Positions 9,401 through 18,900 of a stretch of 64,000 nt of DNA are shown here, one piece after another. The notes below the pieces were generated by a model that saw only the letters and a list, made by a program, of their open reading frames with translations, was not told the origin of the DNA and did not search any database. The stretch covers positions 820 to 64,819 of the forward strand of contig DAVU01000009.1 in the NCBI GenBank assembly GCA_002505695.1, written 5' to 3'. The stretch is from Euryarchaeota archaeon UBA487 (lineage in GTDB: Archaea; Thermoplasmatota; Poseidoniia; Poseidoniales; Thalassarchaeaceae). The first letter of the stretch is position 1; each line of letters starts with the position of its first letter. Both the position numbers and the translations under genes were made by a program.

Positions 9401-11834
9401 AATCCCACATGCAAGCCCCTCTGTTCGTGCCCATGTAGATTCCATCGACGTTGCTCGTGGCCTCGAAGAACTGGAAAGGATCATTATTTGGACCAGGTAT
9501 GCTTGTGGGGAACGATGTCCATGTTGGTTGTAGGTAATCCGCTCCATCCCACATGGCTGCTACGCCTGGGTTCCAGAATGATGGACCCTCGGAAGATATG
9601 ATTATGTTTCCATTAATATCTGAGTAGATATCGTTTATGTCATTGTCTGGAAGCGTTCCATCAGCCTCATCCCAAACATGCAACACTTCGCCAGTAAAGC
9701 GGTCGAGTATAATGAGGCCAAACCCCTTCAGGCCGAGAAGAATCCTATCGTCACCATCCACGTATTCTATTGGAGCCTCGTCTACGTCGTCTATACCCAG
9801 CGATCTCCATGACGATAACACCACCCCACTCGAGACTTCGATGCGCATAACACCGGCGTCTGTGGTGCCAATGTAGAGGATGTCTGACCTGTAGGTCATG
9901 GAGGTAAATTCTAACGAGTCGAGTCCTGAGTCCTCATCAAAAAACGAATAATCGGCCAAATCGCTTGTGTTCCCTATCGCAATGCCGAATTCAGGCATCA
10001 TCACGAATACTTTGTCTGTGGAGTCATCATATCCCAAAGTGTCTATTGCCGCGATATCCGATCCGGATACTGTGCCAATGAGTGATCCATCTGTTGGGTC
10101 AATCTGGATGATTCCGTGACCCGAAGTTGATGCAATTACCGTTTGATCATCTATCTGAACTATGTCAGTAATTTCCGAATCGATCCCATCGATTGTATAG
10201 TCTATTACTCCCAGCCACCTCTTGGATTCTTCGTCAAATCGGTCAACTTCACTTCCAGATGCAAACCAAGCCTGTTTTCCAGATGGGGCATCAATTACCG
10301 AAACGACCTGTGGTTCGAGGATTGCTGGCCCGCTGGCTAAAACTAGAGGCTCGATGGCACTCATGTCAACTATCTTGGCAAGGGATCCTGCGCCGTCTGA
10401 AGCAGCGATTCCCTGGTTTGAAGACGGCCAAGGAAAGACTTTGTCAAATGCTGTGAGATTGGCCTGATTTGTGGTTATGGCCCCTGTGAAAGCTAGAACG
10501 GTCGAATCGTACCTGTGAATTTTTGATGGGGTCACTACATATGCATAATTTTCCAATGTGATTACTTTCAGGACATCATTCGAATCGAGCCAATTTGAAG
10601 TTGTCCATGGGCTCAACCATGTGTCAGAAAGGATGTGAAATCGATCTACTCCACCATCTCCTGAAACAAGGATTTGATCATCGAGAATCTCAAATGACGT
10701 CACACTGTAAGAAACAATTGATGGAGAAGTTATTGGAGAGAAGAAGCTTGCATTTGAAAATACTAATGTTGAATTAACATCCTCGCTTGTATCAAGCATT
10801 ACAAATCCAGTTCCAATAGTGCCTGCCAGAAGTTTGTTTCCTGTTAGGTGGATTGAGGATATTATTGGATCATTTGAGCCTGTACACACGTCATGGAAAT
10901 GATACGATTCAAGCGAAGAGTTTGGATCCCTCCAGAGAATGTGGCAGCCGTTAGATATCCAGGTTCTGTTTTGTGAGTCCAAGAACAAACTTGCGGGCTT
11001 GTTTTCCTGCCATTCGAAGGTTCCCGGTCGACCAATAGTGTCGTTCAAAGGATGCGATGATATGTGTTCCAGATTACTCAATCGATAGTAGTGTACAATA
11101 CCGTCAGTTGACAGCGCGACAAGAAGGTCTTCCGGTTGAATGACTTGTACCTCAGTTGCCGATATGGATTCAACATGCACAATTGGATTTGAGACAGTTT
11201 CGTCAATCACAAGTAGATCATCGTCTGCAAGTATGAATGTCCTCCCTGAGGAAGCATCATGACTCAAGTCATGGACAACAAGGTTAGGTGATGATGGCGA
11301 TAACCTCGGCGAAGCTGGACGCATTGCTTCGATTACCATGTCGGTCAGAACAGCTCCGGTAGGAAGCAACAAACCGGCTTCAGAGTTCGAATATGGGTCC
11401 AAGTAGCTGTCAAGAACATCATCGGGCGAGTAGCTTTGTTTGCATCCAAATCCACCAATTCCGGTTCCATCAAAAATTTCCTGATTTGCATCGACCAAGG
11501 TAAGTATGGGGTCCTGAGCGCAGATCCCTAGTGAGCCATTGACACCGATCTCAAAGGTCATGTTTTCGATGGATGCTCCGGGAGGGTGCTGTACTATGGT
11601 AGTGGACGATCCAGTTGATTCCGAGCCCACGGTCAACCAACCGGTATCTACGCTACCAGATGCTCCCCAATTAGAGTTGCTCGATTGAGATTTCGTGGGC
11701 TCCTCTCGGAAATCTACTGTTGTGGACCATGGCATTGACATCATCAACAGCACGATCGCAATCGCATAGACGGAGGAGCCTTTATGCCTCCAAAAGTAGA
11801 CTTGGGCCCCCCTCATTGAACCAATTGCTTTCAT
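3453..11834 (-). CDS. giant cell-surface protein (beta-propeller-like repeats + six FN3-like modules, C-terminal TM anchor, acidic cytoplasmic tail)
   Basis: Uninterrupted 8,382-nt ORF with an ATG start. It has an N-terminal hydrophobic segment (VYAIAIVLLMMSMPW) and many hhhGTxxGh blade-like motifs. Six modules of about 118 aa each begin with a (L/V)xWxP-like strand and end in YxVAVVAxDxxGN-like strands. The TM is LNILLGTIIFGLAALGAAATF, followed by a tail of about 70 aa rich in D/E. Confidence 0.85.
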   Translation of the reverse strand: MKAIGSMRGAQVYFWRHKGSSVYAIAIVLLMMSMPWSTTVDFREEPTKSQSSNSNWGASGSVDTGWLTVGSESTGSSTTIVQHPPGASIENMTFEIGVNGSLGICAQDPILTLVDANQEIFDGTGIGGFGCKQSYSPDDVLDSYLDPYSNSEAGLLLPTGAVLTDMVIEAMRPASPRLSPSSPNLVVHDLSHDASSGRTFILADDDLLVIDETVSNPIVHVESISATEVQVIQPEDLLVALSTDGIVHYYRLSNLEHISSHPLNDTIGRPGTFEWQENKPASLFLDSQNRTWISNGCHILWRDPNSSLESYHFHDVCTGSNDPIISSIHLTGNKLLAGTIGTGFVMLDTSEDVNSTLVFSNASFFSPITSPSIVSYSVTSFEILDDQILVSGDGGVDRFHILSDTWLSPWTTSNWLDSNDVLKVITLENYAYVVTPSKIHRYDSTVLAFTGAITTNQANLTAFDKVFPWPSSNQGIAASDGAGSLAKIVDMSAIEPLVLASGPAILEPQVVSVIDAPSGKQAWFASGSEVDRFDEESKRWLGVIDYTIDGIDSEITDIVQIDDQTVIASTSGHGIIQIDPTDGSLIGTVSGSDIAAIDTLGYDDSTDKVFVMMPEFGIAIGNTSDLADYSFFDEDSGLDSLEFTSMTYRSDILYIGTTDAGVMRIEVSSGVVLSSWRSLGIDDVDEAPIEYVDGDDRILLGLKGFGLIILDRFTGEVLHVWDEADGTLPDNDINDIYSDINGNIIISSEGPSFWNPGVAAMWDGADYLQPTWTSFPTSIPGPNNDPFQFFEATSNVDGIYMGTNRGACMWDWSLNGPDCWSSADGLPSRFVNTVAILEPNRLYAGTSEGVGIIDTSTGTVVDVWTAAADSDQTDIVVIDSIVYLGVEGIGIARYDLNTQEWLTTWDGTSGLIDNDLITLLKEGEVPGTIWAGGYFGLVNINTTNEQLNLDWNLGPNSGGPTLPYEPPMDVIVHDGVLYYQQIVPSQSWQARDSIARIDIQNNTSLAQIDTTDTLGYQGQIRGMHMVQDNLWLGVAGVQGWGGAEPGDIARWNTTSGNWEDPIGSYGSVQRVNAQFLGDCFPIASGNCEFWVSYGDSILRRYNATDMTLLDSWDDVPGPIRGIESFGETYLFGSTDGILRWDANNSTFLTPWTPGSGMPSNVADRVYSMRVVGDDLWVGTYQGGNIDVSIYNQSLDSWDVTPYTDVGGYAYPADIEICEGIVHVAFGRLQWWQGGYVARYDYSDSDGNGIAGEWIDAWEDGNGLDDADPRALACDDSHPMLYVAYDSDNVGISRFDYSTDTLLSAITPSNGISSEPVFPGGILYDNGILLVSHVDEGGISRIETSGMVISTGTVFGVGMDGSSIVRAPPSSDFAYAIGRSGETSGVNRVDRLDSTGLIEGGFDELLILPSGDVVEFVSNGANVWAAVGTSNQGNWQSSSGYGRTIMEGMVDQNGTLTWLDSYDFNDDIVEDIILDGNTLWISTTYRGMIALDTNTKQTRTHPGSIHNSMDGMYLENGNLYAGLTSVFDAASGFQVLDTTSRIWNEAELLAALPANDIGDFLRLGNVTLVTTPVGIGRFDESAQEWLDPITTYDGLPPDSDRIEVASSNRTSNLVVISSPSGLSFIQNPTQNASVSNRVTQSNGLISSFIADIQILPERSKNITLPDGTTQELHQPKVLIASHPGVGASRPWVSSWAIDDQEIFTDYPLDMLPSNSVTAIATDGWGVHIATDVGPLYHYNFSSYSMEVGLVSGSLQAWPITIMQSDGTRVVAAGSGFNVIGSQDHQSRGYDSALESSINDMALYGDTLVLATDRGTLAYRPYWALERIYVDEYARAENLDLTFLGQTTDITEAARPGNKITIPSNVPITDSPLQLQSQNFGSIPFSWHPTIFTSSTSSQPIWSEVSILNYTGTWNLSTQTGLQQLLQMAVDTAGAPSSANWEFALSPSESGSINMRITYDWTRQEIPTRISYFDDRPRDGGDGLILNWDMAVDPSFISYDIFVWSPTNGWSIDFVETGDFSQITPIASISDVQTLGVSIEEAYSGDTIQTIQSGEEYYAAIAIRYPDGSLGPMSVYNGSAMAIDNVPEPPSSLYAEPIGFSGGSLQVEWQPCTDIDRHSTRLWYSTVEINDVEVIPTYFDVAQSLGNQTIIDVPQSTPIWLAASCVDMAGQYERDNPALYGPVIAAGGLDDSIPPSRVSNVEASDLPFDDGGYLQVTWTPNSEEDCVMYTIHVLPASGFSPPTSAEGWPVAEIVSGCENSVAIIGGADGTLLENGVRYWVAVVAYDDWGNGDLNNVLPDDATPFDNLAEEGPEPARLQDVSAFDHPSDDGTSIDVVWTRSDAPDFAYYTIWVSEHPLEDVSSMWFFCSEEPQSCGLTTIQQRQIGGSSKIEIEISEALYGTTLTDSVTNRIIPEVPLYVAVTVHDIVGNVHLDNLETALVLPQSNLEDTTPPDRIPAPELADRDPDHGDGMFVLFNPSESADLSSYEIYVVPDSPFLLTNLEALEPSLTLPRDWSGPALVELSTGIEGKTDLAPDRRYFVAVVARDSNGNAWTTDLQSSDIVLTDELGLDPCPACPDVSGLTAAWNPSGSRIVLNWAESDNSEVIGYHVFASRTPFNDVRDASVIALDRTTTEFGFDLIDDQALDRDTNHYVEVVAYDGEKFTYRASPVLVLPWTEQSGPLDSQASEGSSLVDRLVSGDLNILLGTIIFGLAALGAAATFRSRRGMDDDLWEISTREVEIDALFDDEIQSDLNADENREIPVKKLTETKTISDSTEQLSSNDYLDDLEKDLDDLF
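3819..5950 (-). repeat. protein-level tandem array of six divergent FN3/Ig-like modules inside the giant ORF
   Basis: Module starts: GGDGLILNWDMAVDPSFISYDIFVW, SGGSLQVEWQPCTD, DDGGYLQVTWTPNSEEDCVMYTIHV, DDGTSIDVVWTRSDAPDFAYYTIWV, GDGMFVLFNPSESADLSSYEIYVV, SGSRIVLNWAESDNSEVIGYHVF. Module ends: EYYAAIAIRYPDGS, IWLAASCVDMAGQ, RYWVAVVAYDDWGN, LYVAVTVHDIVGN, RYFVAVVARDSNGN, HYVEVVAYDGEKF. The boundaries are approximate. Confidence 0.6.
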
Positions 11835-11963
11835 GATCCCATAATTAAGAAGATGTGTTGATGTTCGTTACACGGTGTGTGAACTGATTCCATCGTCTGG
11901 ATGAATAAAGTATAGGATAGCATCATAGCGATGAAGTCATCGGGTCTTTGACGGTGGGTAGGT

Positions 11964-14261
11964 ATGGCGGACGATCGTTTGCGGAAGGAGGCATTAGATT
12001 ATCACAAATTTCCAAAGCCCGGGAAGATGGCAACAAAACCGACAAAGCCACACTCCACTGCGCATGAGTTGTCGCTTGCTTACTCCCCCGGAGTAGCATA
12101 CCCGTGTTTGGAAATTGAAAAAGATCGGGACCTTGCCTTTTCATATACCTCCAAAGGGAACCTGGTAGGTGTGATCAGCAACGGAACTGCAGTCTTGGGA
12201 CTCGGGGACATCGGAACATTGGCCAGCAAGCCAGTGATGGAAGGTAAGGCACTTCTGTTCAAGTCCTTCGCGGACATTGATGTATTCGACATTGAAGTAG
12301 ATCGCACAGAAGTAGAGGGCTTTGTTGAAGCAGTAAAGGCAATCTCATCTACATTCGGAGGTATTAATCTCGAAGACATCAAGGCGCCTGAATGCTTTGA
12401 GATCGAGAGGCGGCTGAAAGAGGAGCTTGACATTCCGGTTATGCATGATGATCAGCACGGGACTGCTATAATCAGCGGTGCAGCTTTGATCAATGGATTG
12501 GATGTTGTTGACAAGAAAATTGGTGAAATAACGGTCGTAATTTCCGGCGCGGGGGCATCTGCGATATCCTGTGCAAGACATTACGTTCGACTTGGAGTGG
12601 AAAGAAGTAGAATACTCATGTGTGACTCAAAGGGCCTCCTAACCAAATCGAGGGGTGAAAAAGGTGAGTTGAACCAATACAAAATGGAGTTCGCACAGGA
12701 TAGGCCGGAGAGTTCTTTGACCGATTCAATGAGAGGAGCTGACGTTTTCCTAGGGTTGTCAAAGGGCGGGATTGTCGATGGGGAAATGGTTGCCTCCATG
12801 GCGGACAGGCCGCTGATATTCGCATTAGCCAATCCAGATCCAGAGATCCTTCCGGAAGAAGTCAGAGCTGCCAGAAGCGATGCAGTGATCGCCACAGGAA
12901 GGAGCGATTATCCCAATCAGATTAACAATGTCCTTGGTTTCCCCTACATTTTCAGGGGAGCTTTAGATGTCAGGGCGACTAGCATTACTGAGAATATGAA
13001 AATGGCGGCTACCATGGCCTTGGCGAGATTGGCAAAGGAAACAGTCCCCGATGACGTGGTAGAGGCCTATGATGGTGTTAGAATACAATATGGGCCTGAT
13101 TACCTCATCCCAAAACCATTCGATGCCAGAGTTTTGATCTGGGAGGCCTCGGCGGTCGCAGAGGCGGCGGTGAACGAGGGTGTGGCACGAATTGATGCAG
13201 AGTCTTTCAATCTGAAAGAATACCGGGAGGAGTTGGAAAGCAGGTTAGGTCTAACACGATCAGTCATGCGATCGGTGATCAACAGAGCGGTTTCCAATCC
13301 TCAGAGGATTGTATTCTCTGAGGGCGAAGATCCCACGATAATCAAGGCAGCAGCACATTGTGCTCGGGAAGGGATTTGCAAGCCAATACTACTTGGGCAG
13401 GTACGAAGGATCAAAGCCGCGATCAATGACTTAGCACTAGAGTTTGACTGTGAAATAATTGATCCAAGATATGATTCCAGAAGAAGGGGCGTGTATGCTG
13501 ACGAACTGCATGAAATCCGTGGACGCAGGGGTATCAGTAAACTGGATGCCGTGGAGCTTCTCAAGCAATCGACATGGTTTGCCCCGATGATGGTGAGGAG
13601 GGGGGATGCGGACGGTTATCTGGGCGGAGTAAGTCACAATTACCCGGATATCGTCAAGCCTTGCCTGAAGATAATTGGGACCTCGAAGGACGCGCATCGT
13701 GTGGTCGGATCATACATGATGACGGTGGGGGGCCAAGTAATGTTCATTGCTGATGCAACAATCAACATACACCCCGATGCTCGAACACTTGCGGAGATTG
13801 CCGTAAGGACGGCACGAGTCGCCAGACGATTCGGTGTGAAGCCCCGGGTCGCCATGCTTTCCTTCTCTAATTTTGGTTCTAGTGGGGAGCTCAGGACCAC
13901 GAGGATAGAGGAGTCCATAACCATGGCAAGAGAGATAGACCCTGACATCATCATTGACGGGCCCATGCAGGCGGACACCGCTTTGGTCCCCGAACAACAG
14001 GAAGATTTCCCTTTCATGACGTTCAAAGGGCCGGCGAATGTATTGATCTGTCCAAGCCTGGCATCCGCCAACATAGCCTACAAGCTGTTGCAAAGGTTGG
14101 CAGGGGCGGAAATGACCGGGCCGATCCTTGATGGATTGGCGCGGCCGGCTCATGTCCTACAACGTGGTGACAGTGTGAGGGAAGTGGTCCATATGGCTGC
14201 TATATGCTCGGTTGACGCACAGAGAATGGCTACTCAGAGGCTTGATTCTCGTGAATCCTAG
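11964..14261 (+). CDS. maeB: NADP-dependent malic enzyme, MaeB type (malic enzyme + phosphate acetyltransferase-like C-terminal domain)
   Basis: 765 aa. The N-terminus [20 protein letters not shown]...[10 protein letters not shown] is typical of MaeB. It has a dinucleotide-binding motif, [12 protein letters not shown], and a C-terminal PTA-like region of about 330 aa. Confidence 0.9.
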   Translation: MADDRLRKEALDYHKFPKPGKMATKPTKPHSTAHELSLAYSPGVAYPCLEIEKDRDLAFSYTSKGNLVGVISNGTAVLGLGDIGTLASKPVMEGKALLFKSFADIDVFDIEVDRTEVEGFVEAVKAISSTFGGINLEDIKAPECFEIERRLKEELDIPVMHDDQHGTAIISGAALINGLDVVDKKIGEITVVISGAGASAISCARHYVRLGVERSRILMCDSKGLLTKSRGEKGELNQYKMEFAQDRPESSLTDSMRGADVFLGLSKGGIVDGEMVASMADRPLIFALANPDPEILPEEVRAARSDAVIATGRSDYPNQINNVLGFPYIFRGALDVRATSITENMKMAATMALARLAKETVPDDVVEAYDGVRIQYGPDYLIPKPFDARVLIWEASAVAEAAVNEGVARIDAESFNLKEYREELESRLGLTRSVMRSVINRAVSNPQRIVFSEGEDPTIIKAAAHCAREGICKPILLGQVRRIKAAINDLALEFDCEIIDPRYDSRRRGVYADELHEIRGRRGISKLDAVELLKQSTWFAPMMVRRGDADGYLGGVSHNYPDIVKPCLKIIGTSKDAHRVVGSYMMTVGGQVMFIADATINIHPDARTLAEIAVRTARVARRFGVKPRVAMLSFSNFGSSGELRTTRIEESITMAREIDPDIIIDGPMQADTALVPEQQEDFPFMTFKGPANVLICPSLASANIAYKLLQRLAGAEMTGPILDGLARPAHVLQRGDSVREVVHMAAICSVDAQRMATQRLDSRES

Positions 14262-15861
14262 GTGCGGCAGCTTTCACTTCATCAGAACAACCGTCTGCGA
14301 AACTCTCGAAGTTCTCATTGAACATTTGAACAAGCACATTGGCAACGTTGTCATAGCGTTTCACGTCAGACCAAGTTGAACGTGGTTGGAGAATTTCAGA
14401 TGGTACCCCATCACAAGTCACGGGAATCTTGAATCCGAATCTCTCATCTGTGACATAGACAACGTCATTGAGGTCGCCAGAAAGAGCGGCGTTCAACAAA
14501 GCCCGCGTCCAGTTAATCCTGATTCGACTGCTTTCTCCATAACCTCCGGCGATCCATCCTGTGTTGATCAGCCAGCATGATGCATCATGATCTGCGATTT
14601 TTTTGCTGAGTAGATTTGCGTATTCGCTAGGGTGACGGGGCATAAACGGAGCTCCGAAGCAAGCTGAGAATGTCGCCATGGGCTCAGTCACTCCAACCTC
14701 GGTACCTGCAACTTTAGCGGTGTAACCGGAAATAAAATGATACGCAGCCTGTGCAGGGGAAAGCCTCGATATTGGGGGAAGTACTCCGAAGGCATCGCAT
14801 GTGAGGAATACGACATTCTTGGGATGTCCTGCTGTTGAGTCCTCTGTTCGATTCTCTATCGAATCTATTGGGTATGAAGCCCTAGTGTTTTGAGTAAGAG
14901 TTGAATCATGGAAGTTGGGTATCCCATCCGCATCAAGGATGACATTTTCAAGAATTGTGGATTCCATCTTCGTGGTAGCATAGATGGCAGGCTCGTCTTC
15001 CTCAGACAAGCCAATCATCTTGGCATAGCAACCACCCTCGAAATTGAATATTCCCTGATCTGACCATCCGTGTTCGTCATCCCCCACCAATTCTCTTCCC
15101 GGATCTGCAGAAAGTGTGGTCTTTCCAGTTCCTGAAAGTCCGAAAAACAAGGCGGATTCGTCACCGGAGGTGTTTGCGGAGCAGTGCATCGGTAAGAGTC
15201 CGCGGGAAGGAAGGATATGGTTCATAATCGTAAAAATGGATTTTTTTATCTCTCCAGCATATCTTGTTCCTCCGATCAATACGATTCCCCTTGATAGTGA
15301 AATTACCACGAAAACCTCAGAATTGACGCCATATTCTTTTGGATCCACTGTCATTGTCGGTGCGTGTAGTATCGTGAATTCTGGGACATGGGTCGAAAGG
15401 GAATCTCGATGAGAACGTATGAACATGTTGTGCATGAAAGCAGAGTGCCAAGCGCTCTCACTCACCAGTCTAACGGGCATAGTATGTGCTGGATCTGCAC
15501 CACAATGCATGTCCTTGACGAATAATGTGGTAGCGGAGTTCAGGTGCTTTTGTGTGGCCTTGAGTAGGTGATCGAATACCGCTGGTGAGATTGGACGGTT
15601 GACTTTACTCCAATGGACGCTTGACGCCAGGCCGGGTTCGTTTACTATGAATCGGTCATTTGGCGATCTTCCGGTGCGATTACCGGTGGTTGCGAGCAAC
15701 GCACCGTCTGCTGTCCTTGTCGCCTCACCGCTTTCAACTGCAATATCCCTGAGTTCCTTGCCGGTTAAATTCCAGAACACGGAGCCTGTTGGATCCAAGC
15801 CGTGCGATCCGAGGGTCGTAGTAAAAACAGTTGCTGAGTTGGACGGCGTCTGCTCACCCAT
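14230..15861 (-). CDS. pckA: phosphoenolpyruvate carboxykinase (ATP)
   Basis: 543 aa with the P-loop FFGLSGTGKTTLS and GDDEHGW, and overall ATP-PEPCK length and layout. Its 3' end overlaps the maeB 3' end by 32 nt (convergent). Confidence 0.9.
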   Translation of the reverse strand: MGEQTPSNSATVFTTTLGSHGLDPTGSVFWNLTGKELRDIAVESGEATRTADGALLATTGNRTGRSPNDRFIVNEPGLASSVHWSKVNRPISPAVFDHLLKATQKHLNSATTLFVKDMHCGADPAHTMPVRLVSESAWHSAFMHNMFIRSHRDSLSTHVPEFTILHAPTMTVDPKEYGVNSEVFVVISLSRGIVLIGGTRYAGEIKKSIFTIMNHILPSRGLLPMHCSANTSGDESALFFGLSGTGKTTLSADPGRELVGDDEHGWSDQGIFNFEGGCYAKMIGLSEEDEPAIYATTKMESTILENVILDADGIPNFHDSTLTQNTRASYPIDSIENRTEDSTAGHPKNVVFLTCDAFGVLPPISRLSPAQAAYHFISGYTAKVAGTEVGVTEPMATFSACFGAPFMPRHPSEYANLLSKKIADHDASCWLINTGWIAGGYGESSRIRINWTRALLNAALSGDLNDVVYVTDERFGFKIPVTCDGVPSEILQPRSTWSDVKRYDNVANVLVQMFNENFESFADGCSDEVKAAAPRIHENQASE

Positions 15862-15957
15862 GCACTAACGAATTGAAACCGGAATATGAAAGATTGTGAT
15901 GACTTTACAATTTGCGATAACAGCGATTCATTCATCTTTATGTACAATCAGGGGTAA

Positions 15958-18900
15958 ATGATGCGGAAGGATGGGGATGCTGTCCTTCGAGAAAAAGAAT
16001 TTGCTTCCGAGGGGGTGCTCGAACTTCGTAGCGAACTTAATTTTCCTGTCATAAAAAATGTTCACGACGTCCCAGAAAGGGACCATGACGAAGCGATAGG
16101 AACCGTGCCCGAGGTCTTCGTTGAGGATAGCAAGGATGTGGGGCCCACGTCCATGAAACCCGTTGAAAAATCAGAACGGAGGGGAAACTGGGTTCTAATT
16201 TCGGTAATGGTCGTGGCTTACAGCCTGATGAGTCTGCTCATCGGAGTTGAATTTGAAGCAGAGGTTGCGATACCAATACTCCTTGTTTTGTCTATTTTTG
16301 GGCTATTTCTCGGGGAGAGGTGGATAAAGGACCCAGATCTCAATCTGCTAGGTGTCGCTTGGGTCATAATTTCCATGAAGATCCTTTATGGGGCCTCTCT
16401 AGAGTTGGATAACTGGAACCTGGGAGGGGTACTGCCTCTCAGCATCGTAGGTGTCGGCGCAACTCTAATTGGTCTGGTTCTATTCAACATCTTCTTGTCC
16501 TACAGGTACAACAGCGACGCAATCGCAGCTCAGGCCACGCTAGTCCTGCTGGCTGTGGGATCAACAGCAGGTTCCGTCGCTGGCGAAGACGGTGTTATAC
16601 TGATGCTGATCGTCTCGGTATTCCTTCTTCACTCGATAGCAATTCACAGATCATCTGGTAATCTCGCTTCGCTCGGCATAGTCTCATCCAACATTTGGTT
16701 TGGGATGCATGTCATTACCGGGGGCTTTGACTTGGGCTCATTGACTGTTGTTGGCTTGCAACACCCACTCAAGTTATTCATCGCCATAGCATCGGTCAAT
16801 GTGGCCAACGCGTATGTGGCAACTAGGTTTGCGAAGTCAAAAAATTGGTTTTCCGAGGCACTGGAAATTCTTGGAGTAGGTAAGCCTGGTCTTTGGGGGG
16901 TTTCCGTGGTCCTATCATTGACTGGCGCCTTCCTTACTATTGGGTCACTTCGACAGGACATATCATTCGCCTTTGCGATAATCGTTCTGCTATCGTTGTG
17001 TTATTTCCCGTCCTACCTTGTAGTGAGAGGTTCTCCAAAACGTGAAGTTTTCATGACGGCAGGGGGATCGATCATCATTCTTTCAGTTGCTACGATCCTC
17101 CTTGAATCAGAGGTCTTCAATACTGTTTTTGATTCTTATTGGGTGTTTTCCATAGGTGGTGGTGCCTCGTTGTTTTACTTGCTCGCAAAACATCAAGGCA
17201 TAGTAAGTGACACTGTACTCTGGACCGGCTCGATAGGAGTGACATCGCTAGTCCTAGTTATCACCCCACTAGACGAATCGACGGGATATCGTATGTTATT
17301 CTTAATCGGTGCTCTCTCGCTGATACACATCGCAGGAGGATTGCTGTCCATCAAGAGGGGGTCTGCCTCCCTGGCAGGCGTGTCAGTTCTGACTCCGTGG
17401 TTGTGGCCGACGATCATGGTGGCAATCTACGAAATCATGGAAACTATCTCGCTGCGGGATGGGAATAATGGAACCGTTGGATCCTATTCACTAGAAATTG
17501 GTGCGGATGTATTTGTGTTCTACCTCGCTCTGAGTTCAATCTTCGGGGCATGGGTTTGCTCCTCGTTCAAGGAAGCCTCACTGAATGTGTCCTCTGGGTT
17601 AGCAGGAACCTCGGAGATGTCTGCGGCGATCAAGCAAACAGAAGTCTTCAATCTCTGGAATCTAGCATTGTGGCTACCTATACTCACCAGTGTTGTCTTA
17701 TCCCTGAGCGGGCAGATCGACGGGATAGAAACTGCGCTTGTTTTTGGTGTGATCTCGTGTGTACACTCGATTTCTTCCATAAGTGGATTGCGCATCCCAT
17801 CGACTACTCTGATACCAATCACGGTCGGAGTTGGGGGGGTTATCCTCCAATGGGTTGGTGGTGATGCATCCATCATTATCATCGTTGTTGGAATCTCGTT
17901 GTTCCTCCCTCTATTGATTGGAAATTGGAATCCAGAAGAGGATTGGTTGGTAATGGTTGTACAATCTGGACCCGCTTTGACATTATTCCCTGCAGTTGGA
18001 GCTGGTTTCAGTTCTACGATACCATGGCTTCCGGATCCCGTGCAATGTGTGGTCGCTATCTTGGGGGCCTCGGTGTTTACAGGGGCCCTGAGAACTGGAT
18101 TACAACTGAAGATTCTCCCTCTGTCAACAGTCCTAATTTTCCATTCAACTATGGTCTGCGTGCTGTCTATACTGGATGGTAGGAGGGAAATAATATGGGT
18201 CTCAGTCGTCCTTTTTGTCTTTACCTCAATGTGGTTTGTAACTAGGGGCGAGATACTTAGAGAGTTGCGTTCATCAACTGAGAAGTCAAGGCGTAGGCAC
18301 GAGGTGAATGAATTCAAGGAGAAGGGTGACCAGCATAGTGTCCACCTACCTGTTTTGGAGAGAAGCAGAATGATGAGCGGCTCGGGGGATATTGGTGAAG
18401 CCTACGTTAACGAGGTTCGACATTATCCTGCCCTAGCGATTGTTGTTATCGTCATTGGTTCAACCGCATTGGGACTCTATTCACTAGTGGTTGGTCCGGA
18501 GCCTCTGTTGATTCTAGCAATTGGTGCATTCTTAGCCACTATCGTAGCCTTGGAGGGGTTGAGGTCTCGCCGGATAGAGGTGCGAGTTGCCAGTGCTCTT
18601 GGTTCAGATGTGACGCATTCAATTGCAGTAATTGGGGTGTGTTCTGCGGTTGTCTTAGGTCATCTTAACCCAGCATCGTCAGTGAGTGACATACTAGACT
18701 TCGGCATGGCTATCGCAATCGTGATTGTTCTAGGTGCAGCAAGTCTGGCGAACGGTGAGAGGGGGATTGAGTCGAAGAGGTCTCTGATTAATTGGATAGT
18801 ATTCCCGATAGCTGCGACTAGGTTGGCAGGTTTTGCGATGATTGGGTCCCTTCCCGCCCCACTCAGTGTTGATCCCTTCGATGGCTCTCTCATATCTTGG

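Noticed and set aside
3517-10777. About 25 ORFs of 60-143 aa on both strands inside the giant gene (for example 3946..4377, 7492..7869, 4849..5148).
   Set aside because: All are nested in or antisense to the uninterrupted 8.4-kb ORF, which has clear repeat and domain structure. None shows any motif. They are typical shadow ORFs.
11835-11963. Divergent promoter elements between the giant gene and maeB (AATAAAGTATAGG and TTAATTAT).
   Set aside because: AT-rich candidates exist, but their spacing to the start codons is not diagnostic. They are not reported as features.
12080-14153. Antisense ORFs within maeB (for example 13640..14074, 13710..14153).
   Set aside because: maeB is confidently identified along its full length. 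The antisense ORFs are Ser/Arg-rich and lack motifs.
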